Shown: piece by piece, positions 51,177-64,000 of the stretch | Position numbering within the stretch: the first letter of the stretch is position 1 | Layout of the letters: every line of letters starts with the position of its first letter | Source of the DNA: Takakia lepidozioides | Taxonomy: Eukaryota > Plantae > Bryophyta | Reading direction: 5' to 3' | Length of the DNA stretch: 64,000 bases | NCBI GenBank assembly: GCA_030704615.1 | Contig: CM060731.1 | Location: 51,150,001-51,214,000 of the forward strand | Made by a program: the position numbers and the translations under genes | Notes under the pieces: generated by a model | The model's database searches: none | What the model was told of the DNA's origin: nothing | What the model saw: the letters and a program-made list of their open reading frames with translations, nothing else

Positions 51177-51750
51177 AGAAATGAAACGGTGCTTTAGAAC
51201 GTCCGCGGAAAGCTCATAGAGCTTATGGGACAAAATGGAAATGAAATGAAATGAAATGGTGCTTTATAACGTCCGCGGAAAGCTCGTAGAGCTTATGGGA
51301 CAAAATGGAAGAAAACATGAGAGAGGAACAAATCCAGAAACCACAATTAATGTTCTAGCGATTGTCTAAGGGTGAAGGCCTCGTGTAGGTAGGCTGCCAC
51401 GCATTTTTGATCCTCATAGTGAAAGACATCAGTGAGAGTTTGGGTTCCACTGAATAAACAGTGAAATCTCCCACGGATCTCGTAGTATAGAGGGCAGTAG
51501 AAGAAGAAGTGTTCTTCAGTTTCAATTTCCTTGCTGCGCCCTATGCAAGCTGGACATAGGCGGTCCTCCCGTTGCAGGTTTTCCCATCTGCCAGTCTCTA
51601 TCCGTAGGTTGTGGGAACCCACCCTGAACCGCCCCAATGCCCTCAAGAGGGAAGGAGATAAGGAGATAATGGAAGAAAACATGAGAGGAAACAAAACCAG
51701 AGCCAAGAATAAGAACTATTGCTCGAGTGATTGTGTAAGGGTGAAGGCCT
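51177..51750 (-). mobile_element. 3' end of a non-LTR retrotransposon with (ATTTC)n tail
   Basis: RFRVGSHNLRIETGRW...DRLCPAC...ETEEHFFFYCPLYYEIR is the C-terminal zinc finger of a LINE ORF2. The 3' terminus is duplicated with gaaat repeats, and a second 3'-end fragment lies at 51670-51750. Confidence 0.85.
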
Positions 51751-54013
51751 TGTGCTGAAGAAGAAGAGTATAACTCTCGTTTGCAATAAAAGGACTAGCG
51801 AAATGCCGAACAACAAGATAGTCAATGGCAGACTCTGGACCTCGCTCTCAACATCTGTCACTGTTCTAGAGATCAGAGACTGTACTGAGAAGCTTAAAAT
51901 ATATCACATGTATTCATTAGTGGAATTGGCCAATAAATTCAGAGCTGCGTACTTAACCATCCCAATTCGATGGTCAAAAGACACCTGCATGTTACCTAGA
52001 TTATAATGGAACTGAAAATCCAGTTCAAAATGTTAGACCTAAAGAAAATCTTTTAGTTAATCTTGTGTAGCACATATCTTTATTGACCCGTTTAACGGAA
52101 AACATGACAACAAGAACATTAAGGTGGCAAACGATATGCCTCTTGGGTTGGTTGTGGTCAAGTGAGTAAGGGTCTCCTGCTACTGCACTAAGGCTCTTAC
52201 AAACAGATGAATTGCAAGTGGCTTCGCGGGCAAACAGCATTAGTACGAGTGACTGTATTGATAAACAAAATTTTCAGTACTTGTCATCAACAAGCATTTC
52301 CTACGATAGGATCCATCAGATATAATGGCTACTCACTACTACTGACCTTCCACCTAGCACGGCACCGATATATCACTCGAAATCATTATATAGCGTTTTC
52401 TTGTTTTCTTACGTGAGATATTCGGCAACAGCAAGTGCGCTTCGCGAAGTAAACCGGTCCCAATCTGGTGTATTGTTGTTTCTGAAGGCTATGGTCGTCC
52501 CGGTGCAATAAACCCCTAGTTGCAGAGTCCCCTACCTTCAACCCACTACCACTGCAACTGATCACAGCTGCCATGGTCCTCCAACCAACTGATGACCCCC
52601 CCTTGCAGACTTGGTATATTACGACTATCAAGTCTACCACACACAACTTTGCCGAGTGTGAGAGAGAACAACGAGAGACACTCGTCTGTTCGAGCAATGC
52701 GTAAGACCGACCATACACTATAATGATCCTGTCAGGGATCCTTTGTACTTCCACAAAACTCTGTAGACTCTACATGTATATATTTCGTGTCGTGGACGCC
52801 AAATCGCTGTGCAGTTCATAGAGGCGCGGTACTCAACTTTAGATGCTGCCATTCTTACAGTAGGTTTTGTAGCGGGTGTTGTATACAACTTGGGCGATAG
52901 ATGCATGGCCATGGCCATAGATTATTGCAATTTACTGCTAGTGGTTGGCAATCTATTTTTGATAAATTCCTAGTAATATTGCGGTAGAATTCCCAGACTT
53001 GCAATAGTTGGTTGTGGACTTTGGGAGTGCAATTGAGAGGGGTGATGGAGTTAGGGAAGGAGTTTGATTGCATCTTGTAAATGAGCTGACCATGTCCATA
53101 AACATATATGTACATTGGAACCCACTAGCACAATAGCTGCTAAAATGAGCCACCCTAAACATTCCCGACAAAGCAATGTTTCCAGATTCACTCCAAGTTT
53201 GCCGGTACATTCAATTAGGATAATAAGGGAAAGAGAAATGGGTGGTTTGAATTCATTCTGCTTAGAATATGCTTTGCAAGAATCAAACCTACCCTCAGGA
53301 AAATTTAAAATTTGTTGTCTTATTCAGGATATTTTTTAGATTAATAATACTTTGTAATTGTAGTACTTTATGCCATGATCCATCTAGGTGGTATTGGGTT
53401 CAAATCCTGGCAATTATAGCCACCAATTTGCAGGATGGGTTAAATCGTTAAATCTTCACCTTGGAAGATGAGGTAGTCTATTCACCCTCCTTTTTGGTGG
53501 GCCGCCCCAAAAACAGATTTTACTTCCATGAAGTCCTACCAGCTCCCCTGAATCCATAGATATGAGCCTTTACTCTCCTACATCTATCCAGAGTAAGAAT
53601 TCTGAGCAAATTCACCATTGAAATTGCGAAATAATAACAAAACAATATGGTTGTCTTTTCATCCCACACAAAATATGTTCCGGCAAAAACAAGTTTGATC
53701 ATGGTATCATTGAAATTTTTCATTTCTGAATGCGCTCCAGATTCACAATCTCGGGCACCGCAAGATGCTCTCGCCAAGTTTCAGATCAAAATACCTAAAT
53801 TTGCTGAAGGGGTGCTTTGTATGTGAAAGCAGAGGGTATTTTCAATTTCTAAATGCACTAGGGGACAAACACCATCACGTGCTTCCAACTTTGTAGATAT
53901 GATTCCTTCTATAGAACGCTAACAAAGTGATTGTATTTCATATACTTCAACCAAAAGATACTTATATATCCTTGGGAGACTAGACCAGAACTTTCCAAGA
54001 TCCGACAACTATA

Positions 54014-54484
54014 GAGAGAGAGAAGACACCGGCCATAGCCAGCGTAACTAAGAGTCGGGTCCGTGGGCACTCTCAAACGCCCCAAGCAAGCGCCCCTGGA
54101 TGGAACCGCCCCTTAAAAGTGAAAGGGTGGTTCCATGGACACCTTTCCATCCACCCCTCTCGAAATCTTGGTAGCAATTGCCATGTGGACCCATGACATA
54201 GTGATTGACAATTAATATAAGTTTTGGATGAAAATGTCAAAAATCAGTAGGATTATGTAAGGCTGCGGGTCCCGCTGTAGGAAAAGACGCAGCCGTGGGT
54301 TAGGGGCGCCGTGAAAGTCGCTGGGCCCTTGTGAAGAGACGTCTTTTTTTCTTTTTTTTGCGCCCAAGGGCGTGGGGCCGCCCCTTAAGGAATATTCTAT
54401 TTCGACCAAAAGCGCCTCATTACTCCTGGGGCGATAGGGCCACTTCACCTTGCGGCTACTACCCTTTTCGGGGGTGGGCTCTAT
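54014..54484. mobile_element. 471-bp GC-rich structured insertion with 13-bp TSD (SINE-like retroposon)
   Basis: tccgacaactata occurs at 54001-54013 and 54485-54497. One end is (GA)n and the body contains several hairpins. Confidence 0.7.
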
Positions 54485-55111
54485 TCCGACAACTATAATG
54501 AGATTGACTATAGATTGTGTGTATAACGACGAAATGTACTATACTGATGTGAGTATATTTTAATGCACATGACTATGCATAAAGGCGGTACTATAAACTA
54601 TTACGTTTAGTAAGCTTGCTTCGACAAGAGTCATATATCTATTTTATTGTTTCTATAATATATATACATATATGCAATTTGGTCCACATTTTTATACGCC
54701 ATGGTCGATTGGTTGTCCGTTCTAATGGAAGCCACTTCAAATAAGATGTTGGTCGATTCCCTAGTGGTGGTGAGCCTGGTGGTGAGCCAGGGGGTCCACT
54801 CTTCATAAAATATACCTATCATGTGAACCCCTGTATATAGGTCATTCATGATTTTAAGACTTTTTTTTTTCAAAGTTATAAAAGATCGTAATATAAATAT
54901 TATAATACTAAAATAGATTACCCCTTTGCATGTATATAAATGTTTTTAATTTCAAAATATCATTATCAATTTTAAGTAATATAGGTATTAATGACTTAAG
55001 AATATAAACATTAATAAAAAATCTCTACTTACCATTGATAACATTATCAAAACTTTTTAGTTATTTACATCAAGTTCATATCTATTAGAACTTGCATGAT
55101 ACTTAAGGGGA

Positions 55112-55830
55112 ATTGCAGCCTATGGTGGACCAAAATGAAATACACCATGAGTCCATAATATTAAAGTCCAAAAACAGAGAATTTGTTTTCAAACTAAAAA
55201 ATAATAGGTCATTGGATGGGACTGTTGAAACCGTCAATTATTGACAGAGTTGACACTATATAATCATTATGAGTGGCGATTTCAATCACCAAACGGATAA
55301 TGTCCATCATTTTTCTTGCACCTTCAGTACATAACCAAAGAAAAACATCCAAAAGTCCCAAGACTTCAATTCGCTCTTCATCTAAGGAAACTTAACATGT
55401 TTATTGAATGAAGTTTACTTGTAAAAAATAATTCTTATAATAAGGGACTCTATGGAATCAGTTTATTTGTAGGCACCAAAAAAGACCTAAATTCCTTTTT
55501 CGACTTTAATAATTTTCAGTTAATGTTCTCACTTTACATTTTTCATCTTTCAATGCAAATTTGGCCAGGTCCTTTTTCTGAATTACGTTATGAATGATTA
55601 AAAAGTCCAATGGCTTTTAAAATGAAGTATAACAAATCCTTATGGACTTTTGAAAAAATCCATAACTACTAGCCATTTGTTTTTTCGCTTGTGAGACTTG
55701 GAAATGTATGTAGTTGAGCCCCCATAGACTAGTCCCATTTTATCATTTAAGAATATGATAGTTTACAACTAATTAAGGTCCTAAGAAAATAGTGTTGTGA
55801 CAACATTTTTGGTCCACCGTAGGCTACAAC
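55112..55830. mobile_element. TIR MITE (copy 1)
   Basis: ttgcagcctatggtggaccaaaa ... ttttggtccaccgtaggctacaac-TA. Homologous to 58056-58546. Confidence 0.75.
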
Positions 55831-57139
55831 TACATTTTAAACAAGCTAATGTTATAATGCTCTCTAAATCAACCATCATGTTGTCCATCATAACATAGGT
55901 ATATATTGATCCGCTAAACTGATTTGCATGTGAGAATGACAGTATAATAGAACAACATCATCTCTAATTGAATTCACCAATTTTTTACTTTTCTTTGCAT
56001 TCTTTGAACCCTACCTAATCAAATACCTTTGGTTGCTGCTTTAGAGGTTTTCGTTGGTCTACCTTTTTTTTTTCCTAGTTTGGACCTCAATATCATCCAC
56101 AATAAAAAGTACATCAGAGTCTCAACTTAGACTTAGTTCTGAGCTTGTAGTTTTATTATTGATCGTTGGTTATTTTCTCTACAAAATAGCATCGATGCAC
56201 TTCTTACTCATGTTAACCTATCATTGGATAGAGTAGGGTTGCCATTAAGTTGGCTAACCAAGGTACTCTTAAATATAATGGTTTTCCCATCTCTTCAACA
56301 ATTGGAATAATCAGCTTGTTATCTTTTGTCCTTCTTGCTCATCAACAAGGACATCCAAAGGGTAGTTGCAGGATAAGGTGAACCAAAAACGGCAGATGCT
56401 GCCTTCCATGGAAGTCCATAACCAAATTTAAATTGACGACATTTCCCCAAATAATTTCAAATGATGATAGAAAATGGTATATTTAACATTTTTAGGAAAG
56501 GGTCTTACCGAAAACATCAAATATGTGTTTTACTATAAATTTTAGTCTTTAATTTGGATAAGATTTGACATATCAAAAATTAGAATTTACATCGATTTGT
56601 CTATATACAAGCAAGCGACCATCATAGATTATATTTTTGTATCATTTGCAGTAAAATATGACACCTCAAAAGCTCAAAACACAAGATGTACTAAACTAGA
56701 ACAAATCCACCTATATATAACACTCATATTAGTCCATAAGTAGTAAATGACAGCTGATATTGTCATTTTAAATTGAAATCTAAAGTGTTTTCTAAATTGA
56801 CCCCCTTATCTCAAAAGTTCAAAGCAATACACCAAAGGCACAATGACTTATTTTGAGTCCATATATTTTCATTTGCAGTGGTAACAGTCCACAATTGTCA
56901 TGTTCAAAAGTCCATACCTCTTGGACATTTTATTTGATTGACAATTAGACGGTTGATATAGGTAGATATTAAAGTTAGGAATCCAGCATGGAAAATGTTT
57001 CTCAATGGGTGCCATGTAGAGGGCTGATTTGTCGTTAATTTGACAAAGACCTTATCTGGTCTTGTCCATGTTCCGACAAGACAATATTTACAACGCCTGC
57101 AAGGGCATAAATTACCTAGCAATTTTCTTTTTCCCAGCT

Positions 57140-58055
57140 GTCTCTCTTGTAATGCAATACTAATGGGTCACATAAACTATCAGTCGCTTTATTGGCTTAG
57201 TCACAGACAAATGGTCACTGAGATTCCTAAATGACCCCAAATTGATCATGTTTGTGAAGGATGTATGCTAGGAAAACAGACTAGGGAGATAACCCCTAAG
57301 ACATCCACCTTTAGAGCACAATCAGCTCTTGATCTCATACACTCAGATTTGTGCGGACCTATCTCTGTCCCATCACTCTCAGGGTCAAGATTCTTCATGA
57401 CTTTTACAGATGACTATTCTTGTAAGACTTGGATCTATTTTATGAGAGCAAAGTTTGAAACCTTGAGTATGTTCAAAATATTCAAGAAGGAAGTTGAGAA
57501 TCAAGCTGAGAGAAAAATCAAAATGTTAAGAACTGATGGGGGAGGCGAAAACATGTCGAACCTGGAGTTTGTAGCATTCTGTCAACAAAACGGGATTAAG
57601 TGTCACCTGACTCAGGCCCATACTCCCCATCAAAATGGAGTATCAGATTGGAAAAATCGAACAATTATGGAAAAAGCTAGGAGCATGTTTCTAGGAAGCA
57701 ACATACCCAAGTACTTGTGGACAGAAACAATGAACACTGCAAACCACTTGGTGAACATGTCACCTACACGAGCAAATAAAGGTGTGACACCCGAGGAGTT
57801 GTTTTCTAAAAGAAGACCAAATATTCGACATCTAAAAGATTATGGTTGCGAAACATTCCTACATGTTGCGAAGGAGTCCAGAAAAAAATTGGATGCAAAG
57901 ACTATCAAGTGGATGCTGGTGGGATACGATGAGCAAACAAAAGCATATCGATGTTTCAATCCAATTATCCGCATAATTAGCTGTGATGTGAAGTTTAATG
58001 AACATCGGACTGATGTGTCGAAATTGGAGACTTCAACTGTACCAAACCCCGAGTA
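57140..58055 (+). mobile_element. Ty1/copia pre-integrase and integrase remnant
   Basis: MGHINYQSL, LDLIHSDLCGP, FTDDYSCKTW, LRTDGGGE, TPHQNGV and VGYDEQTKAYR. Confidence 0.9.
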
Positions 58056-58546
58056 GTTGCAGCCTACGGTGGACCAAAATGAGACACACCATGAGTCCCT
58101 AAAAGTATATAAAGGGGGATGTGGCGAATCCTCAACCATTGGATTCACTTCAATTTACGATCTCAACCGTCTATTATTGACCATTAAAGACTTTATTTTC
58201 AAATCGCGATAGTTTCAGATCACGATAGTTTTTTTTAAATTTGACCTTGATCCACCCCGGGGGTCTACCCTTGGTCTATATATTTAATAAGGTAGTGTTG
58301 ATATTTCAAAAAATTCTATATGTAAAGGACTTTTATGGATTATAACAAATCCTTATGGAGTCCATAATTTCTAACCATTTGTTTTTTTGGTTATGAGACT
58401 TGGAATAGGGGAAATATTTGTAGTTGAGCCTTTATAGCTTAGTCCCTTTTTACTATCAGCGTTGCCATTTAGGAGTATGATAATTTACAACTAATCAAGG
58501 TCCCAAAAAACAGTGTTGTGACATCATTTTTCGTCCAGGCTGCAAT
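58056..58546. mobile_element. TIR MITE (copy 2) inserted in the copia remnant
   Basis: TA-gttgcagcctacggtggaccaaaat with a degenerate right TIR. The junction creates the stop codon of ORF 57265-58056. Confidence 0.7.
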
Positions 58547-58765
58547 TGCCAGATCTGGTCATTGAACATGCTCAGAATGATGAATTTTGGAACGTCCCTG
58601 CAAAAACTACCGTCAACACTGACATTGAGATTCCAGAATCAAGTCACAATATATGTGAGAGGATGGTGATGAGAGTAGTCGACAAACCATCAGAAGAAGA
58701 GAGCGCATCTGTCAAATTATTTTACTACTAGTGTGAAACTAGCTAGGAAATAGCTAGCTTTTACA

Positions 58766-61700
58766 TATTGACATTTGGGATTGGCTCAAGTGTCAATCCA
58801 GGGGTCAAGGCAGATTTAGGCCCTGGAATGGTTATCTTCACGGCAAGCGCGGGAGGCTCATCTTTCTCGAGTTGAGCCTCATTGCGCCTAGCTATGGCGC
58901 CGTAGTGTGGATTCCCCATGGCGTGGGGTGCACTTGGCTCGACTTGTATTTGAGTGATGAGGTTATATATGCATGAGTTTATGCTTCAGCTTTGTGAGCT
59001 CGCATGAGCTTGTGCTTGTATTCTTCTTCTTTATCACTCGAGAAAGATGAGATCGTATCTGTGAGTGCCAGATACGAGTTAGATGTAGCACTTGTGGTTT
59101 TTGCTTGAGAATGAGAGAAACCAGGTTGTTATGCAATGAGCACCGTGGAGCTCTTGGTTGTTAGAAGCGAAGGCGATGTGGGTTACGAGGTGGTAGACCT
59201 TGGCATTCGATCTTCAGCTTCAGAGATGAAAGCACCATGCTGCAGGATTGCAAGACCAAGCGAAAGGGCTGATTTGGCTTGGGGCAAATCAGTGTACTTT
59301 GTGGAGTATGTTGAGATTGGGTTTCAATCTCGAGCTTTAGCATTGAGAGGGCTCTTGTCATGGCAAGAGCAGGGCTGGAATAGGAGCTAAGAGGTGCGGC
59401 AAGGCCATGGAATGTGCACCTAGGGTTTCAGAGCTTGGAAGAAGAGCTCTTGCACCACAAGAGGAGTGTCTTGTGGCTGGAAATGTAAGCCTTAGGGTTT
59501 CAGGGGCTTGGCAAGGGCTGTGGAGTGCTTAGTCTTGTCTTAGAGATCATCAAGGAGCTAAGGAGCCAAAGATAGGGGGCTGATACCTCTTGTGTGAAGA
59601 GGTTGCATGTATAGAGCATGTATTCAGCTCATTGAAGCTTCCATCTTCAAGCTTGGAGGGCAAGCAATGAAGAGGGAAGGGCTGACTTCCCTTATGTGAG
59701 AACAATGCAGGGATGCGGGATGCAACTCTCATACATGCGCCTCAACCCACCTTAGCAAATGTGTTTTTGCTGGTAGAGCGGATAGAGCTCAACATGGTGG
59801 AGGAACGAGTGGTCATGGTGGGATTTGCTAAGGAGACACCACGGGGTAGTGGTGCTCCTAGCCAACCACTACCTCAACGTGCTCAAGGCAACAAGGGGGC
59901 TCATGTGAAGCTCAGGGAAGGGCAGAGAGGACCTCAGATGCAGGGGTCTCTCCCTTCATTTGCAGGCCAACAACGGGTGGATGTGGTGTGTTGGACATGT
60001 GGAGGACCCCACGTCAAGAAGGATTGTCCAGAGGGAGGCAAAGGGTCGGCACATGCACAGCCTGCACAGTTGTAGTGTGGGCATTGTGGCAAGCACGGGC
60101 ATGGAGAGGCCCAGTGTTATGGTTTGTATCCCGAGTTGCGCCCAGGCCAGTTCTAAGGGAACAATGGTGGCCGGGGGCGAGGGGGAGCAGCCCAAAGAGG
60201 ACGAGGTGGCCAGGCACGAGGTGTAGGCCAAGGGCAAGCTCAACATGGCCAAGGACGCGGAGGTCAGGGTGTTGACCAAGGCATGGCCAACCGGCTTCAG
60301 CAGCTAGAGCAGAGGCTCGCTGCCATGGCTACAGCTCAGGTGGTACCGGCTCCAAGGCCGGATGGTCCACCTCCTGTTCTTGAGGGAGGAGATATAGGAG
60401 GCATAGGATTCATGTGCGGAGCAGCACTACCACTAGTGCAGGTGGAGTCTGCTGCAGTCGTGACTCGAGGAGCAGCACGAGTTCTCGAGCCACAAGGTGC
60501 AGAGGTGGAGTTGGATCCACAGCGTGGAGAGGCAAGCCGTCAGGCTAGGCTCCCTCAGTCATTCACATTGGCGGAGACATGTCGACGTCATCCATGGCAC
60601 CTAGTTCTCGCCCGACTGTTACCGAGGCGGAGGTTACTACGCCATTGGGGAGAGCTACACGGGTAGCACCACTACCTAGTGTTGCAAAGGCTACGGCAGC
60701 TAGTGTGCTGCTGGGAGCGGCCACATCTGTGTGTCAGGCTCCATTGTTCTCGGCTACCATGATTGCGACGCCGGGGGTAAGACCAGTTGAGGTGTTCAGG
60801 CTGGCAGCTACACTCCGTGAGAGTGGGGAGGTTACTTCATCTTCTACGGAGATAGTGGGAGGTGTAGTGCCGGAAGGGATCCTCGGATTTGAGGGTCAAG
60901 ACTGCCACGGCGGCGCCATGGCAAGCTGCAGCTGCCAGGTTGATGGAGCTGCCAACTAGGCCAGCCATTGAGCGCGCCATGGTGACACCTGGAGTTGTCA
61001 TGTTAGACAACCAGGATGGCATTTTCTGTTTGAGTGGACCGGCAGGCAAGAGGTACCGGCAAGAGGTACCAGGCAAGAGGTACCAGGCTTGGGCCTCACG
61101 GAGGCGGATATGGAGCCTTGTCCTTTCCAGATACAGATGTCTCTGGGAGGATTGGAGCAGGCTCGGGGCATGACACTGCATGAGTTGGCTATCAAACTAC
61201 GGCCGGATCACCCTACAGATGGCTCAGTGATGCGAGCCAATGTCATTGTGACAGACGCGGTCTCGTACGATGTCTTGGTTGGTGGGGCAATGTTGTACCC
61301 CATGGGCTTCACCCTGGATTTTTGGGAGGAGTTAGCTTCCTATAGGCTTGGATGGCAGTCAGGGAGGGCCGACATGTGCAGCTCCCTGTGACGTTTATAG
61401 GAGGAGTTGCGGTTGCCCAACAGGGCAAGATGCCGACACTAGCAGCATTCACAGCTGCAGTGACTTGGCCTGGAGAGTTGCTTGAGGGAAACGCTCATTC
61501 AGAGGATGACATACCTCCAGGAGAACAGGATGACATGTATGATATGGCGGAGTTGTCTGCCATGGTTGCTCAGACTCCATTGTAGGGCACGAGCAAGGAT
61601 TTGCAGCGGGTTGTTGATCGACAGGTGCAACAAGCCTGGGTGGAGGCTTTTGTACCATCAGGAGAGGAGGAGAATGCGGGGATTGCACCAGGACCACCTC
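58766..61700 (+). mobile_element. Degenerate gypsy-like element (copy 2): LTR-like leader, gag with two zinc knuckles, protease C-terminal part
   Basis: CWTCGGPHVKKDC and CGHCGKHGHGEAQC, then YDVLVGGAMLYPMGFTLDFW. Homologous to 18861-19930. Confidence 0.75.
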
Positions 61701-62381
61701 AGTTGTAATGGGCATGCAGAGGCCACCAACAAAATACTATGTACTGTCTTGGCTAAGATAGTCAATGCAAACAGAACAGATTGGGATACAAAGCTGCTGA
61801 CAGCTTTGTGGTCATACAAGACTTCATATAAAGTCACCACTAAGTATACACCATTCCAATTAGTTTATGGTATGGAAGCTTTACTTCCAGTGGAGTTATT
61901 GTTACCTACCATGAGAACTGAATGGGGAAGGAGAATGGAATTGGAAGATTCAATTAAGGTCAGGAAACATGAATTATACCATGTGGAAGAAGTACGTGCT
62001 GATGCAGCAAACAACATGACCAAAATTCAGATGAGGAGGAAGGATCAGTTTGATGAAGGTAAATTAAAGACTTTTAAGACGGGAGATTTGGTACTGTGGT
62101 TGCAGAAGAAGGGAAAGATTAAAGCTTCTAAGCTTAAATCACCATGGAAAGGACCTTATGTCATACAAAAGATGTATGATAACAACACAGCCATGTTGCA
62201 AACCATTAACAAAGAGATGCTGGGAAGAGTCAATGCCAATAAGTTGAAGGGATACAGTGGTATCCATGACAAACCATTGCAGCACGATTTGCTTGTTGAA
62301 ACACAGAAACAGTCACAGGCTGCACCGGTGATACCAACGGAGTGTGGAGCATTTGTCATTAAGCCGAGTATGTATGGCTAG
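61700..62381 (+). mobile_element. Gypsy (Athila/Tat-like) integrase C-terminal fragment
   Basis: NGHAEATNKIL...DWDTKLLTALWSYKTSYK...TPFQLVYG...WKGPY...VNANKLK. Confidence 0.85.
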
Positions 62382-62414
62382 GGCGGAAGGTACAAGTGTT
62401 CGCATAGCTATCAG

Positions 62415-62550
62415 AGCCCACCACAGGGTGACACAGTCAATCACAGCCCACCACAGTGTCACATAGTCAATCACAGCCCATCACAACATCACACAGCCTA
62501 TCACAGCTCGTCACAGTCTGACACAGCCTGTCACAGCCTAACACAGCCCA
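62415..62550. repeat. cacagcc / tcacag tandem repeats downstream of the integrase
   Basis: Direct reading of the sequence. Confidence 0.8.
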
Positions 62551-63344
62551 CGCAGGTTGCACAGTCCATAGGGTTAGTGACAGGTGGATGCGGGTTAACG
62601 TCAGAAAAGTGGCGGTGGGTGAACGGACAGCTTGGAAGTCAAACACAGAGAATGTGCCACACGGACAGGGGAAGACGGAGGCATGTCTAAAAATGAACAC
62701 GTGGCCACTAGGGCGAAGCACACCGCGGTGCATATATTGCAAAAGTGGGTGTCATCATACAAGAGGACAAACTGGGCCGTCAAAGTACCTAACCGGTACA
62801 ACAGCCAAAACTATTTGTGGGCCCATTAATGCATTCAGGGTGAAAGTAAAGGAACCCTTCACGAGTACAGAAAAATGGGACTTTTGCCACATGTGCTGTC
62901 CTAGTGGACATTCCAGGTGGGAATGTCTACTGAGGGAGGTAACATTAAGAAGTTACTCAAGGGGGCAATAGCCAATCTGGAGCGAGAATTTCATGCAGGA
63001 GGTTCCCTCCAAGAAACAAGAACAAGAAATTAGAAATGTTATGAGCGGAAGAGTCGGGGTGACTCCGAATAACCAGTGTCTCAACAGGAGGGGCAATCAA
63101 AGCTATAGCTTTGTAGCTATGGCGGATATTACAGATTATACGCTCGCTTTACTTCTTACGCAGTGGCGCAAGGACGGACGGGTTGAGAGTACATTCTCTC
63201 TCACTCGGTACTTGCAAGCCCCACACGCACTTACCCATTCTCTTTTGTGCCAATCATACTTTTATGCTCTACGCCTTGCAAGCCTTCCTACAACTGTTTC
63301 AAACAAGGCCTTCTTGTTTGTCTGGGATGAAGAGAGTGAGGGGA

Positions 63345-64000
63345 ATGGAGGATATCAGGGTGAAGAGCACCATGATTCTGCAGAAGCAAACAATTGCTAC
63401 ACCACAGGCAGTGCAGCTGCTAAAGGAGTTGCGATTGGAAGGGCTGCTATGCAAGGACTGGTCTTTGGATCATCGGAAGTATCTGATTCAATTCATTCAG
63501 AACTTTGAGCCTAAGACAGGAGTTACACAGGTGAGGGGAGTAGATATAGAGATTACTCCCCAGTACTTGCAGCAACTGTTTGAATTGCCATTTGGGCATG
63601 TGAATGTGGATGAACACAGGGCAAGATTGCAAATGGTCAATTTGTTCCAAGAAGGGAGTTTCTTTAAAACTCAAGGATACACCTGCACCAAGGCTGAGTA
63701 CCCAGGGCTAAGAGAAGTTGGCCAAATACTGAATGTTCTGTTTGCCATGAAACAGAACCAACAGTACATGAGCAGATCATTCACGGAGGAGATACTGAAA
63801 GCCTTGAGGGGAGAGGATGTAGCTTGGGCGGAGTTGATGTACAATGGTCTAGTGGAAGAGATGAAGCGGTTACAGGGCACTGTAGCTAAGTCTCCGATCA
63901 TAGTGTCTGGCCCAATAATTACGCAAATTATCCTTGATTCTTGCATACTTGATGCACAAGAACGTAAGGAGATGGGAGTGTTTGAGACAACAACCACTGC
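63345..64000 (+). CDS. Extra 3' ORF of the gypsy element (plant-transposon / PMD-like), open to the window edge
   Basis: From ATG 63345 the frame reads MEDIRVKSTM...LIQFIQNFEPKTGVTQVRGVDIEITPQYLQQLFELP...VAWAELMYNGL with no stop before 64000. It is absent from the ORF track. Confidence 0.6.
   Translation, partial: MEDIRVKSTMILQKQTIATPQAVQLLKELRLEGLLCKDWSLDHRKYLIQFIQNFEPKTGVTQVRGVDIEITPQYLQQLFELPFGHVNVDEHRARLQMVNLFQEGSFFKTQGYTCTKAEYPGLREVGQILNVLFAMKQNQQYMSRSFTEEILKALRGEDVAWAELMYNGLVEEMKRLQGTVAKSPIIVSGPIITQIILDSCILDAQERKEMGVFETTTT

Overview
Repeat-rich land-plant nuclear DNA; the PPR style and TE families suggest a moss or other bryophyte, which is inference. Three genes look intact: a PLS-E-DYW PPR RNA-editing factor (7361-9472, +), a secreted S-protein homologue (SPH; ~43091-43516, +), and a six-exon, 356-aa UbiA-superfamily gene (50589-47511, -). 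The UbiA gene is split across several ORF-track fragments and carries the NQxxGxxxD / QDxxDxxxD signature of microbial UbiA-type terpene cyclases, not the plant prenyltransferase motifs; it is the top finding. The second highlight is OSB-type 'PDF' motifs, present both as a decayed array (13300-12397, -) and as a remnant in the N-terminus of the DYW-PPR. The third is a CACTA element whose TnpA-like gene contains an FCP1/NIF HAD-phosphatase-like domain. The rest is nested copia, gypsy, CACTA, LINE, SINE and MITE debris, two orphan SCY2 (plastid SecY2) exons, and several foldback or hairpin structures. Exon models and family calls were made by eye and from remembered family motifs; no searches were run.
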